Assembly: GCA_003152995.1 (NCBI GenBank) | Contig: PMBR01000131.1 | Location: 40,865-93,333, forward strand | Direction of reading: 5' to 3' | From: Chloroflexota bacterium | GTDB taxonomy: Bacteria; Chloroflexota; Limnocylindria; Limnocylindrales; CSP1-4 | DNA length: 52,469 bases | In this document: piece after piece, positions 8,888 through 18,683 of the stretch | Position numbering within the stretch: position 1 is the first letter of the stretch | How the letters are laid out: every line of letters begins with the position of its first letter | The notes under the pieces: generated by a model | The model's input: only the letters and a program-made list of their open reading frames with translations | Databases searched by the model: none | Told to the model about the DNA's origin: nothing | Program-made: the position numbers and the translations under genes

Positions 8888-10144
8888 ATGGCTGCCGAAC
8901 CGCTGACCGAAGCGATCGTCGTGTCCGACCCCGCTCCCGAAGCTCCACCAGCTGAGCCGAACCGCTCGCGGCGCTCGATCCTCGGGGCCGGCCTCGCAGG
9001 CCTCGCAGGTCTGGTTCTCGGCTCGCTCGGGAGACCGGCTCCGACCGACGCCGCGGCGGGTGGCTCGCTCATCATGGGTGCTGCCAACAGCGCTGGAACC
9101 ACGAACACGGACCTCGCCACCAACTCGACCGGCACCGCTCTCTATGTCCACCAGAACGGGACCGGCACGGCCGTTCGAGGCATCGCCAACAACGGCATCG
9201 CCGGCTTCTTCACCAGCTCGAACGGCTCGGGTGTCTCGGGTGTCGTCGCCAACAACACCAAGTACGGCGTCTACGGCGCCAACGACGCTCTGACCTACGG
9301 TGGCGGCGCCGCGATCCGCGCCGCGGGTGAGCAGAACCACGGTCTCGTGGCCACTACCGCGAGTGGCAGCGCCTATGCCATCAGGGCCACCAACACCAAC
9401 GCCGGCATCGGCTTTTCGTCCGGGCCAGGCATCCGCGTCCTCTCTGGTGGCGGCACCGACGCCGACATCGATGGTGTGGGGGAGCAGCCAGCCGCCGGGG
9501 AGTTCTGCGGCGCGATCGGCGTCATGGCCGTAGCCAGTCCGGGGGATGGCAACGGCGTCTCCGGCTACAGCAACTCGGGGTTCGGCGTCTACGGTTACAG
9601 CACGTCGAACTACGCCATCTACAGCGACGGCAACGCGGGGGTCAACGGCGACCTGAACGTCGTCGGCAACGTGACCAAGAGCGGCGGCTCGTTCAAGATC
9701 GACCATCCCCTCGATCCGGCCAACAAGTTCCTATATCACAGCTTCGTCGAGTCGCCGGACATGAAGAACGTCTACGACGGCGTCGTGACGCTCGATGCCA
9801 AGGGCGAGGCGACGGTGACGCTGCCGGACTGGTTCGAGACCCTCAATCGCGACTTCCGCTACCAGCTGACGGCGATCGGCCAGGCGGCGCCCGATCTCCA
9901 CGTGAAGGCGGAGGTCAAGGGCAACGCCTTCTCGATTGCGGGCGGAGCGGCGGGAAAGCGGATCAGCTGGCTTCTCACCGGCATTCGCCAGGACGCCTGG
10001 GCCAACGCCCATCGCATCCCGGTCGAAGAAGAGAAGCCGGCCACCGAACGTGGTCTGTATCTCCACCCCACCGAGCTTGGCAAGCCTGCCGCCAAGGGTA
10101 TCGATGCGGTTCGCAACGCCGCGATGAAGGCCGGGCACAAGTAG
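8888..10144 (+). CDS. Tat-signal fibre-like exported protein with SFKIDHP domain (paralog 2, 418 aa)
   Basis: Same architecture as 6961..8250; highly similar termini, divergent centre. Confidence 0.85.
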   Translation: MAAEPLTEAIVVSDPAPEAPPAEPNRSRRSILGAGLAGLAGLVLGSLGRPAPTDAAAGGSLIMGAANSAGTTNTDLATNSTGTALYVHQNGTGTAVRGIANNGIAGFFTSSNGSGVSGVVANNTKYGVYGANDALTYGGGAAIRAAGEQNHGLVATTASGSAYAIRATNTNAGIGFSSGPGIRVLSGGGTDADIDGVGEQPAAGEFCGAIGVMAVASPGDGNGVSGYSNSGFGVYGYSTSNYAIYSDGNAGVNGDLNVVGNVTKSGGSFKIDHPLDPANKFLYHSFVESPDMKNVYDGVVTLDAKGEATVTLPDWFETLNRDFRYQLTAIGQAAPDLHVKAEVKGNAFSIAGGAAGKRISWLLTGIRQDAWANAHRIPVEEEKPATERGLYLHPTELGKPAAKGIDAVRNAAMKAGHK

Positions 10145-10251
10145 GTAGACGGCTGATCTGGGGCTGAGCAAGCCGCCCGCGATCAGCCGCCTCATGCCCA
10201 CGCTATAACTCCATCGGGTCGGAGCCGGAAAGCGGCCAAGCACGGGGAAAT

Positions 10252-10293
10252 GGGGTTTCCATCCTCGTTCCAGCGGGTGCGGACGCGCAGGCT
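10252..10293 (+). promoter_or_regulatory. Putative regulator box plus -10 element (shared motif, copy C)
   Basis: GGGGTTTCCATCCT-N22-CAGGCT; box is 12/14 identical to AGGGTTTTCATCCT at 14990 and 15968. Confidence 0.4.
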
Positions 10294-10500
10294 GCGGCGT
10301 GGAGTCCCATGCCTCTGACTATGCCCAACAGTCTGTTCGCCGGGCTCGTGGCAATCGGGGACGACGATTCTTCTTCAGCTTTCTGGTCCGGCAGCTGGTC
10401 GCACCCGACTTCAAACGCGCCCAGACAACGACGCCACGGTTCTCATGACCACTAGTACGTAATCCGCACATTCATCGCCCGCGTACCTGAAGGAGATCCC

Positions 10501-10764
10501 GTGACCAACGACAGTGCTACCAGTCCGGGCACTCCGGACGCCGTCGACATCGTCACCGCCCCGACGGTGGACGCGCGGCTCAACGAAGACCCAATCGGGG
10601 CCAATGTCGGACCATTGCCGCCCATCGATGCCGTGCCCGGCGGCCCGTCAAACGAGAATGGAGCGATAGACGGCCTGCCCGGCCGCAACGAGCGCCAGGA
10701 TGAAGAGGACGCCGCAGCAGGGTTGGATATGACCCGAGCTCCACTCGGCGCGAGCAATGGGTAG
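10501..10764 (+). CDS. Small acidic hypothetical protein
   Basis: RBS AAGGAG before GTG; overlaps the start of the next gene. Confidence 0.6.
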   Translation: MTNDSATSPGTPDAVDIVTAPTVDARLNEDPIGANVGPLPPIDAVPGGPSNENGAIDGLPGRNERQDEEDAAAGLDMTRAPLGASNG

Positions 10765-10948
10765 CGAGCGTCCGCAAATCATCGTCGTCCGCCAGGGCGG
10801 CGACCATGGCTGCCTCATCACGATCCTTCTCCTGATCGTGGCGTGGCCGCTGGCCATCGTCTATTGGATTCTGCGCTTGATGGCCTGGGGCGTTGGCGCC
10901 ATGGTTGACTGGCTAACCCTCGGGCCGGCCCGACGCCGCCGACGCTGA
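10757..10948 (+). CDS. Small membrane protein
   Basis: Hydrophobic GCLITILLLIVAWPLAIVYWIL segment and Arg-rich tail. Confidence 0.7.
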   Translation: MGSERPQIIVVRQGGDHGCLITILLLIVAWPLAIVYWILRLMAWGVGAMVDWLTLGPARRRRR

Positions 10949-11041
10949 GCGCTTGGGTGTGTGCCTCGCACGCAGGCAACGCGACGACGTACTTGGCGCT
11001 GCGGGCGGCTAGCCTAGAGTAGGGAGGGGAGGAGGTCTGGC

Positions 11042-12394
11042 TTGCCCGAACGGAACCCATCGACCAGGGCTGCCGAGCCGCGGGTGCACTCCGACCGGCC
11101 CGTAGATCCCAAAGCAGCCGAGCTTCGGGCCGAGAAGAATGCACTGAGGCGCCTCGGCAAAGCCCTTGGTCCGGGCCTGATCACCGGGGCATCGGACGAC
11201 GATCCTTCGGGCATCGGGACCTACGCCCAGGCCGGTGCGCAGTATGGCTTTGCCACACTCTGGACGACCATCGCCATGCTGCCCATGCAGACGGCCGTCC
11301 AGTACATGTGCGCCAAGATTGGCCTGGTGACCGGTAAGGGTCTGGCCGGCGTACTGCGCGAGCACTACCACCGCGCTCTCTATCCCGCTGTGATCGCCCT
11401 CGTCATCGCCAACACCTTGAACGCGGGGGCGGACATAGGTGCGATCGCGGCGGCGATCAATCTGCTCGTGACGCCCATCCCGTCTATCGCCTTCGTCGTG
11501 CCGGTCAGCCTGGGGATCATCGCGCTCCAGGTCTTCGGAGGCTATCGCCTCATCGACAAAGTCTTCAAGTGGTTGTCGCTGGCTCTGCTCGCGTACATCG
11601 GGGCGGCCCTCTTCGCACGGCCCGACATCGTCAAGGTCCTGCTCGGATCGCTGGTGCCGACCATTTCTCTCAACCCGGCATACCTCGGCATCCTCGTCGC
11701 CCTGCTCGGCACGACGATCTCGCCCTACCTCTTCTTCTGGCAGGCCAGCCAGGAGGTCGAGGAACAGATCAGCATCGGTCGGCGCACGCTACGGCAGCGC
11801 CAGGGGGCCACAACGTTCGAGCTCAAGTACGCACGTTGGGACACGGTTGCAGGCATGGTCTTCTCCGAGATCGTGGCCTACTTCATCATCCTGACCACCG
11901 GTGCCACCCTCTTCGTGGCCGGCAAGCACGATGTAACTTCGGCAACTGAAGCGGCTCAGGCATTGCGCCCGCTCGCCGGCGACGCATCGGCCCTGTTGTT
12001 CGCCGTCGGGCTCATCGGAGTCGGCGTCCTGGCCGTGCCCGTCCTTACGGGCTCTGCGGCATACGGTGTTTCTGAAGCGTTCGGTTGGCGATCCGGACTT
12101 GATCGCAAGCCTGCTGCTGCGTGGCAGTTCTACCTGGTCATCGTTGCCGCGACGCTCGTCGGGATGGCCCTCAATTTCCTCGGCGTCCCTCCGATAACGG
12201 CCCTCGTCCTGAGCGCGGTGCTGAACGGCATAATCGCGGTGCCGCTTGTCTTCCTGGTGATGGTCGTGTGCAACGATCGTGCGGCGATGGGCGAGAGGAC
12301 CAACGGACGTCTCCTGAATGTCATCGGTTGGACGACGACGATCGCGATGGGCATCGCCGCAGTCGGTCTCATCGTGACAACTATCCTTGGCTAG
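11042..12394 (+). CDS. NRAMP-family divalent cation transporter (DPSG-type subfamily)
   Basis: GPGLITGASDDDPSGIGTYAQAG, LGTTISPYLFFWQ, ~11 TM; RBS GGAGGAGG. Confidence 0.9.
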   Translation: MPERNPSTRAAEPRVHSDRPVDPKAAELRAEKNALRRLGKALGPGLITGASDDDPSGIGTYAQAGAQYGFATLWTTIAMLPMQTAVQYMCAKIGLVTGKGLAGVLREHYHRALYPAVIALVIANTLNAGADIGAIAAAINLLVTPIPSIAFVVPVSLGIIALQVFGGYRLIDKVFKWLSLALLAYIGAALFARPDIVKVLLGSLVPTISLNPAYLGILVALLGTTISPYLFFWQASQEVEEQISIGRRTLRQRQGATTFELKYARWDTVAGMVFSEIVAYFIILTTGATLFVAGKHDVTSATEAAQALRPLAGDASALLFAVGLIGVGVLAVPVLTGSAAYGVSEAFGWRSGLDRKPAAAWQFYLVIVAATLVGMALNFLGVPPITALVLSAVLNGIIAVPLVFLVMVVCNDRAAMGERTNGRLLNVIGWTTTIAMGIAAVGLIVTTILG

Positions 12395-12430
12395 AGGCAG
12401 GCAGCCCGACGAGAGGCGGCGGGCCAGGAC

Positions 12431-14419
12431 ATGAGCGACCCTCGAAAAGTTCTGCCGGGCGCCAAACGCGGCGACCGTCGCGTGCGCGTCGGGCGCCCGC
12501 TGGCCCGGTACTTTCGCTATGAGGCCCCAGGCGTGCTCAGCGCGAAGCTGGCGGCAGAGGAGCCCACCACGCCGCTCGGCTGGGCGTTAGGCCGGATTCG
12601 GGGCGTCGTGTTCGGACGCCCACTCGCGTCCGAGGCCGACCTCGCCGAACGGCTGCCGAAGTGGAAGGCACTGCCGGTCTTCTCCTCGGACGCCTTGTCC
12701 TCGGTGGCATACGGCCCCGAAGCGGCGATGTACACGCTCCTGGCGGCCGGGACGATCGCGATCACCTGGCTTATGCCGATTACCGGTGTGATCCTGCTCG
12801 TCCTCCTGCTCATCACGCTTTCCTACCGACAGACAATCCGCGCCTACCCCAATGGGGGCGGGAGCTACATCGTCGCCCGTGCAAACCTGGGCGAGCTGCC
12901 TGGGTTGGTCGCCGCGGCCGCGCTACTGACCGATTACGTGCTCACGGTGTCGGTCAGCGTGTCGGCGGGCGTCTTCAACCTCGCCTCGGCATTCCCGCCG
13001 CTCCAGCCGATCTACGTTCCGCTGATCGTTGTAGCGATCCTCGGCGTAATGCTCGTCAACCTGCGGGGCATCCGACAGAGCGGCTCGATCCTGGCGTGGC
13101 CGACATACATCTTCCTGGGCAGCACGTTGCTTGTCGTCGCAATCGGTCTCGTCCGAGTGGTGCTGGGTAGCCCACCGCACGTCACCGGTGTCACTCCTTA
13201 CCCTGTGCCGCTCGAAGGCCTGGGCATCCTCCTTGTCATGCGTGCCTTCGCCAACGGCTGCTCGGCCCTAACGGGGACCGAGGCGGTCGCGAACGGTGTG
13301 CCCGCGTTCAAGCCGCCAGAATCCCAGAACGCCCGGACGACGATGGTCATGATGTCGGCTCTGCTCGCGGCGATGCTATTTGGGATCGGTTACCTCGCCG
13401 TCGTGAGTGGGGCCGTGCCGAGCGCTCAGCTGGAGTCGGTCCTATCGCAGATCGGCCGCGCCACCGTCGGCCTCTCGCCCCTCTATTACCTGCTGCAGAT
13501 CTCCACCATGGGCGTGCTCGTCATTGCCGCAGAGACGAGCTTCGCCGACTTCCCACGGGTCAGTGCGCTTCTGGCCAAGGACGGCTATTTCCCCAGCCGG
13601 TTTGCCTTCCGCGGCGAGCGACTGGCGTTCGACTCCGGGATTGTCGCGCTCGCGATCATTTCGATTGGGCTCGTCATCATCTTCGGCGGCCACGTGGAAT
13701 CGCTGATCCCTCTTTACGCCCTCGGGGTGTACACCGCCTTCACCCTCTCGCAGACGGGCATGGTCCACCACTGGTTTGTCGATCGGAGTCCCGGCTGGCG
13801 CCGGAGCGCATTGCTCAACGGACTCGGCGCCGTGGCGACAGGGGTCGTCGTGATCGTCTTTGCGATCACCAAGTTCACTGAAGGAGCATGGATCATCATC
13901 CTTGTGGTGCCGATCCTCGTCGCACTGATGCTGTTCGTACACAGAGAGTACGAAGCGGCATCGCACGGGATGGGTGTTCGGGTCGACGCTCACATCCCGG
14001 GGCCGGACGAGCAGCGGCACGTCGTCGTCGTCGCTCCGATGTTCTCCCGCGCTGTCGTCCAGGCGATCCGGGTGGGGGAAATGATGAGCCGCAAGGTGGA
14101 AGTGGTCCACGTCACCGCCGACCTCGCCGAAGGCGAACTCTTCCGCGGCCAGGTGGAGGCACACCTTGCGGGGACACAGGTCGTAATCGTCGAGTCGCCA
14201 TACCGCACGCTCGTCAACCCGTTTGTCCGGTACCTCGAAACGTCCCGGGCAGAGCACGCGGGCGAAGTCACAGTTGTCCTGATCCCGGAGTACGTGCCTC
14301 GTCACTGGTGGGACCGCGCCCTCTACAACCAGAACGCGCGCCGCATCCGCGAGGCGCTGGTCGGCCGTCGAGACATCGTGGTGCTCGATGTGCCTTACCG
14401 CCGGGAGGAGCCTTCGTGA
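12431..14419 (+). CDS. kimA: APC-family permease, YdaO/KimA-type K+ transporter
   Basis: FSSDALSSVAY, AYPNGGGSY, ALTGTEAVANGVPAFKPPE; cytosolic SPYR..IPEYVPRHWW..LYNQ domain. Confidence 0.8.
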   Translation: MSDPRKVLPGAKRGDRRVRVGRPLARYFRYEAPGVLSAKLAAEEPTTPLGWALGRIRGVVFGRPLASEADLAERLPKWKALPVFSSDALSSVAYGPEAAMYTLLAAGTIAITWLMPITGVILLVLLLITLSYRQTIRAYPNGGGSYIVARANLGELPGLVAAAALLTDYVLTVSVSVSAGVFNLASAFPPLQPIYVPLIVVAILGVMLVNLRGIRQSGSILAWPTYIFLGSTLLVVAIGLVRVVLGSPPHVTGVTPYPVPLEGLGILLVMRAFANGCSALTGTEAVANGVPAFKPPESQNARTTMVMMSALLAAMLFGIGYLAVVSGAVPSAQLESVLSQIGRATVGLSPLYYLLQISTMGVLVIAAETSFADFPRVSALLAKDGYFPSRFAFRGERLAFDSGIVALAIISIGLVIIFGGHVESLIPLYALGVYTAFTLSQTGMVHHWFVDRSPGWRRSALLNGLGAVATGVVVIVFAITKFTEGAWIIILVVPILVALMLFVHREYEAASHGMGVRVDAHIPGPDEQRHVVVVAPMFSRAVVQAIRVGEMMSRKVEVVHVTADLAEGELFRGQVEAHLAGTQVVIVESPYRTLVNPFVRYLETSRAEHAGEVTVVLIPEYVPRHWWDRALYNQNARRIREALVGRRDIVVLDVPYRREEPS

Positions 14420-14595
14420 TCGAGCGACCGGGCGTAGTCAACGGACCCGCGCGCAAGAACTGAGCCCTCGACGTGGGCTGCCCATCATCGCCCCGAAGTC
14501 TCACAGCGCCCGCGGCGGCCTTTAGGTCGTCCTTGATTGCGTTCAGCGTCCGTCAAGGGTTCGCGATTGAAACGCGGATCGCAATGACCCCTGCG

Positions 14596-14892
14596 CTACT
14601 TCCGCGCTTTCTTGTGGGCGGCCGCTTCGCGCTCCAGGACGGCCAGGCGGGTGTAGTAGTCCGGGAACTCCTTCAGGTGGGCGAGCGCGATCTTTCCGGT
14701 GATGTTCCAGTCGTCCCCGCTGACATTCGTCTTGGGGCTTCGAAGCCCGTGCTCGAGCTCGACGTCCAGCCCCATCCGGAACTGCTCGAGGTCGCACTTT
14801 AGCGTCGTGAAGTCGATCCCGAGCTCAGTCGCGACGGCGAGCGCCTCTTCGCGCGTGAACGATTTCTTGACGGGGGTTACAGCAGCTACCAC
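14596..14892 (-). CDS. DUF5661 family protein
   Basis: FRMGLDVELEHG..TNVSGDD..TGKIALAHLKEFPDYYTRL; RBS AAGGAG. Confidence 0.85.
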   Translation of the reverse strand: MVAAVTPVKKSFTREEALAVATELGIDFTTLKCDLEQFRMGLDVELEHGLRSPKTNVSGDDWNITGKIALAHLKEFPDYYTRLAVLEREAAAHKKARK

Positions 14893-14902
14893 AGCTATCT
14901 CC

Positions 14903-15003
14903 TTCAGCCGATGCTTCGTGCTTACACATGCCAGTCATGAACTTTCATGCCCTTCTCCGAAGCCTAGGCTGGATCCTCAGCCGGCCGCCAGGATGAAAAC
15001 CCT
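14903..15003 (-). promoter_or_regulatory. ~100-bp duplicated promoter/leader, copy A
   Basis: Minus strand AGGGTTTTCATCCT-N23-TAGGCT...CACGAAGCATCGGCTGAA; homologous to 15880-15981. Confidence 0.65.
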
Positions 15004-15166
15004 ACGCCCGCCTGAAGTCGAGGCGCCCACGAGCAGGGCTTGGTGAGCGTCGCACGTTTGCCGGCGGGCTGGTCACGCTACGGAACACAGCCTTACCCGA
15101 CCCTATGGCTGAATAGCAGGGCCGGCTTCGATGGCGCGCTCTTCCCGGGCCGAACGTGCCTGGGAA

Positions 15167-15562
15167 TCACACCTTGGGAGCCTCGGGTGTCACGTTCTTC
15201 AGTGATCGGCTGGCCCCGAAGGCCGAGGCGTCCAGCACTTCGGCAGGCCGACCGATGTGACGGCGGAGAACCCTGTGCGTCACCCATGTCGCCGCCCAAC
15301 CCACTGGGAGATATCGAATCGGCAGAAACATGAGGCCGGCGCTCGCAAGTTCCCGGACGGCCGGGTGTCGGGCGGCACTACGAACCAGGTCTCGAGCGTT
15401 CGCAGGAGTGCCCAGGTCTCGCACGAGGGCGCCTCGATCGTGGACGGCGCGCTGACCGATATCGCGAAGGGTCACCGAATGGGCGGCCGCGACGATCAGG
15501 CCACGAGTCTCGGGCAAGGTAACGATGCGGACGAGTCGGGCAAGCCTGGTCACTGAAGACAT
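15167..15562 (-). CDS. Hypothetical protein
   Basis: MSSVTRLARLVRIVTLPETRGL...; fills the gap co-oriented with neighbours. Confidence 0.55.
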   Translation of the reverse strand: MSSVTRLARLVRIVTLPETRGLIVAAAHSVTLRDIGQRAVHDRGALVRDLGTPANARDLVRSAARHPAVRELASAGLMFLPIRYLPVGWAATWVTHRVLRRHIGRPAEVLDASAFGASRSLKNVTPEAPKV

Positions 15563-15760
15563 TCGGACTGTTCCGCGGGGCGGATCTGGACTTCGAGCCA
15601 AGTACCGCAGCAGGTCCGGCCCGATGACGTCGGACGTGCCGCCCCGTCATGACGGCCCGTGATCTCGGCGGGCATCACAAAGGGGCTGGCGTGACGATCC
15701 GGGTCCTTCGTTCCGCGCCTGCCGAGCCAGGCGTCGCCGGCTCGATTCTTCGGTTCACAA

Positions 15761-15844
15761 CTAGATGACGTGGACCAGCCAGAGGATCACCAGCACGATA
15801 AGGATCACGCCGACGATTCCGACGCCACCGCCTCTGGAGTTCAT
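15761..15844 (-). CDS. 27-aa single-TM small protein (DUF3309-like C-terminal pattern)
   Basis: Below ORF-track cutoff: MNSRGGGVGIVGVILIVLVILWLVHVI*; RBS GGGAG 6 nt upstream. Confidence 0.7.
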   Translation of the reverse strand: MNSRGGGVGIVGVILIVLVILWLVHVI

Positions 15845-15879
15845 TTCGATCTCCCGTTCAGCAACCAGTAAGGCCAGCT

Positions 15880-15981
15880 TTCGGCTGATGCTTCGTGGTT
15901 GCACTCTACGTAATGGTCATAAGTTCGACCGTTCCGTGAGTCTGGGCTGCATCTGGCGCCGGCCACAAGGATGAAAACCCT
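15880..15981 (-). promoter_or_regulatory. ~100-bp duplicated promoter/leader, copy B
   Basis: AGGGTTTTCATCCT-N23-CAGACT...CACGAAGCATCAGCCGAA; 32/40 identity to copy A over the box/-10 part. Confidence 0.65.
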
Positions 15982-16353
15982 CCGGTGCCGATGGATCGCA
16001 GATGCCCTGGCCGAGGGTGGCCTGGCGCTGCACGCGGGACGGGGCTACGAGCGGTGGGCCAACTACCGAGACGAACGCGAGGAAGCTTTGCCCTGTCGGT
16101 CTAGCCGGTTCTCCCCGGCGCTATGGCTGCATCGTCCTCGCCGTAAGTGCAAGGACTACCTGAACCGCGGCAAGGACGCCCCGGTGCTGTCTCAGAGTCG
16201 GTGTATCCATCGAGTCCCGCACGTCCCCCATGGGCGAGTTGCCAGCGATACCGGATCGATGACGATCGCGATCGCTGGCGACCAACCTAGCTTGATGCCT
16301 GATCCGGGTTGTCCGATCGGACACGCCGAAGAGAGGGCGTCAGTTCGAGGAAA

Positions 16354-16875
16354 TCACCCGGGCCCGCCACCGGGAGCGATAAGGCCGTGGCGAGCGACGA
16401 GGTCCGGAACCTCCGACAAGTCGAACGAGAGTCCGAAGCGTGCGGCGATTGCGCCCATAACCGACGGATCGGGAACTCTACCCGCGGCCGCGACGGCCTC
16501 GGCCAGCTCGACGAAGTACCTCTCGAAGCCCGCAGGGCTGATGATCTCGATCATGCGGGCAGGTGTGCTGCCGGCGTTCCACATCGAGTGGAGCTCGCCC
16601 CGCGGCTTGACGATGTAACCGCCGGCCGCGAGCGTGACCTCCTTGCCGTTCGAGCGGAAGCCGATCTCGCCCGACACGACGTACGAAATCTCGTCCTCGA
16701 GCGTGTGCGTGTGCGGCGGGACGAGGGTTCGCGGCGAGAAGACGTGCTCGACGATCGAGATCGAACCCGTCTCAGCCGACGAGAGTCGTGTAGTCGCTGT
16801 CAGGCCGGGGATGAGCGGAGTATCCAGGCCGTGAGGTTCGACTACGGCCAGGTGTGCCTTGGACAAGGTGAGCAT
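16354..16875 (-). CDS. Cupin domain protein
   Basis: PPHTHTLEDEISYVVSG..KPRGELHSMWN; RBS AAGGAG. Confidence 0.9.
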   Translation of the reverse strand: MLTLSKAHLAVVEPHGLDTPLIPGLTATTRLSSAETGSISIVEHVFSPRTLVPPHTHTLEDEISYVVSGEIGFRSNGKEVTLAAGGYIVKPRGELHSMWNAGSTPARMIEIISPAGFERYFVELAEAVAAAGRVPDPSVMGAIAARFGLSFDLSEVPDLVARHGLIAPGGGPG

Positions 16876-16941
16876 GGTTGGTCTCCTTGGATGCGCGAGT
16901 GGTGGGTTGATGGCAATCGGCGCCGCGGCCCGAGCGGCCGC

Positions 16942-17478
16942 CTAGAGGTTGGGCACTGCGGTCCGCGCCAGCGTGACCAGCGCGTCCCTGGGCGCCGTAT
17001 CGGTGTCGGAGCTCAAAGCGAAGTCCGGGTCCGAAAACGCGATCCCGCGGTCGCCCTTCCGCACGAACAGGACACCCGCGCCGGATGACCAGAAAGCATC
17101 GTCGCCGAGACCCGCGACGTGTTCGGCGCTCGACTCGAGCGAGAGATCCGTGGCCATCTCGGCCTGGCTCTTGAAGATCTGGACGGACAGATACTTGCTC
17201 CTATCCGAGTTCTGGAAGATGCACGTCCCGCCGGCGCCGGAATAGCTGGCGACGGCAAAGCCGCCGGCCGTCGCCACGGCATCGGACGTAACGAGTGCGC
17301 AGGAGGAGTCCGTGTTGCCGGTGGCAGAACGCGGGGCGTCGGTCGCTCCGGCCACCGGGGAGGCTGCGGACGTCACCCCCTGGACGTTCGAGGTCGCACC
17401 CGGCGCGGCGGTACTGGAGCACGCACCGAGCATCAACGCCATGCCTAGCGCCAGAGAGATGTGTTTGCCATTGATCAT
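16942..17478 (-). CDS. Lipoprotein
   Basis: Lipobox LGAC; CALVT..CIF..VAGLGDDAFW. Confidence 0.8.
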   Translation of the reverse strand: MINGKHISLALGMALMLGACSSTAAPGATSNVQGVTSAASPVAGATDAPRSATGNTDSSCALVTSDAVATAGGFAVASYSGAGGTCIFQNSDRSKYLSVQIFKSQAEMATDLSLESSAEHVAGLGDDAFWSSGAGVLFVRKGDRGIAFSDPDFALSSDTDTAPRDALVTLARTAVPNL

Positions 17479-17556
17479 GCTGATCTCCGTGGAAGTTCGT
17501 AAGTCAGTGGTGTATCGTGATCGTGATGATCCTCACCCTGAGTAGTGCGTCTGTCA

Positions 17557-18180
17557 ATGGCTGAACAGAACCGTCTCACGAAACCTAATCGCCCGTACCG
17601 CCTCCGGGCCCGCGCGGCGGCCATGGACCGGACACGCGAGCGCATCACGCACGCGGCGGTGGATCTGCACGGGACGGTCGGGCCGGCCGCCACCACGATG
17701 AGCGCGGTCGCCGAACGCGCCGGTGTCACGAGGGCAACGCTCTACCGCCACTTTCCGAACGAGGAGGCGCTCTTCACGGCGTGCAGCGCGGACTGGCTTG
17801 CAGCGAACCCTCGTCCGGACCCTGCGGGCTGGGCCGCTATCGTCGATCCTGCTAGCCGGCTCGGCGCCGCACTCGATGAGCTCTATGCCTACTACCGCTC
17901 GACCGAGCAGATGCGGTCGAATCTTCTCCGAGACATCGCCGCGATCCCAGAGCGTTTCCGCCCGGGCATCGTCGCGTTCCCGCCCACTACGGTCCAGGTC
18001 CTCGAAGCCGGCTGGCCTGGACTCTCAGAGGCCCACGTGCGGCACGCAGCCATCGGGCACGCGGTCGGGTTCGAGACATGGCGATCCCTGGCCAGAGAGG
18101 GGCTGACAGACGAGGAAGCCGCAGAGTTGATGGTCCGGTTCGTCACGTGTATCGGACCGGAGGAGGAGGGCAAGTCATAG
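17557..18180 (+). CDS. TetR/AcrR family regulator
   Basis: TTMSAVAERAGVTRATLYRHFP HTH; divergent from the lipoprotein-cupin pair. Confidence 0.92.
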   Translation: MAEQNRLTKPNRPYRLRARAAAMDRTRERITHAAVDLHGTVGPAATTMSAVAERAGVTRATLYRHFPNEEALFTACSADWLAANPRPDPAGWAAIVDPASRLGAALDELYAYYRSTEQMRSNLLRDIAAIPERFRPGIVAFPPTTVQVLEAGWPGLSEAHVRHAAIGHAVGFETWRSLAREGLTDEEAAELMVRFVTCIGPEEEGKS

Positions 18181-18467
18181 GGTCGGGTCATCCGCAGTCA
18201 CCCTCGCACCACGCTCCGGCACGTCGGGCCGGAGGTCTTGCTCCGGTCGCCTGTCCCTTATCCCTCATTCACGCTCAGAACGACACGATGACCTGATCGT
18301 GCCGCGTTTGGCGCTTGGACCGATGCCTCCTTCGCACGGGACGACTCACACGCGACCCCCCGAGATGCGTGGCCTTGGCCGGCGGCAAGAACGTGACCAC
18401 GTTCATTGACTGACGGAGCGTCCAGCCTCGACGGGCCGCCGGGGGCCGTACCCTTCTGTGGCCGCCG

Positions 18468-18683
18468 TCAGACGTCGCCCAGGATCTCCGGCGCCGCGTC
18501 AGGATTGCGCTTCCCCGTGCCCGGCGGGTCGTCGAGCCGGTCGCTCTCCTCCCAGGCCGGTTCGCCGGTCTCCTGATGCCGCTCACGACCCGCCTCGCGT
18601 CGCTCGTGGCGCGGTGGCGGCTCCGCTGCCGACGCATCCGGCGCGCCCGTCAGGGTTCGCTTGATCCAGGACAGCAGCGACAC
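18468..18683 (-). CDS. Small hypothetical protein
   Basis: RBS GGAGGAG then GTG; MSLLSWIKRTLTG... Confidence 0.5.
   Translation of the reverse strand: MSLLSWIKRTLTGAPDASAAEPPPRHERREAGRERHQETGEPAWEESDRLDDPPGTGKRNPDAAPEILGDV

Noticed and set aside
6961-10144. Paralog pair as DGR template/variable repeat
   Set aside because: No reverse transcriptase; differences are not adenine-specific and include an indel
12395-12430. c-di-AMP (ydaO) riboswitch before kimA
   Set aside because: Only 36 bp intergenic, and no recognisable motif upstream of the operon
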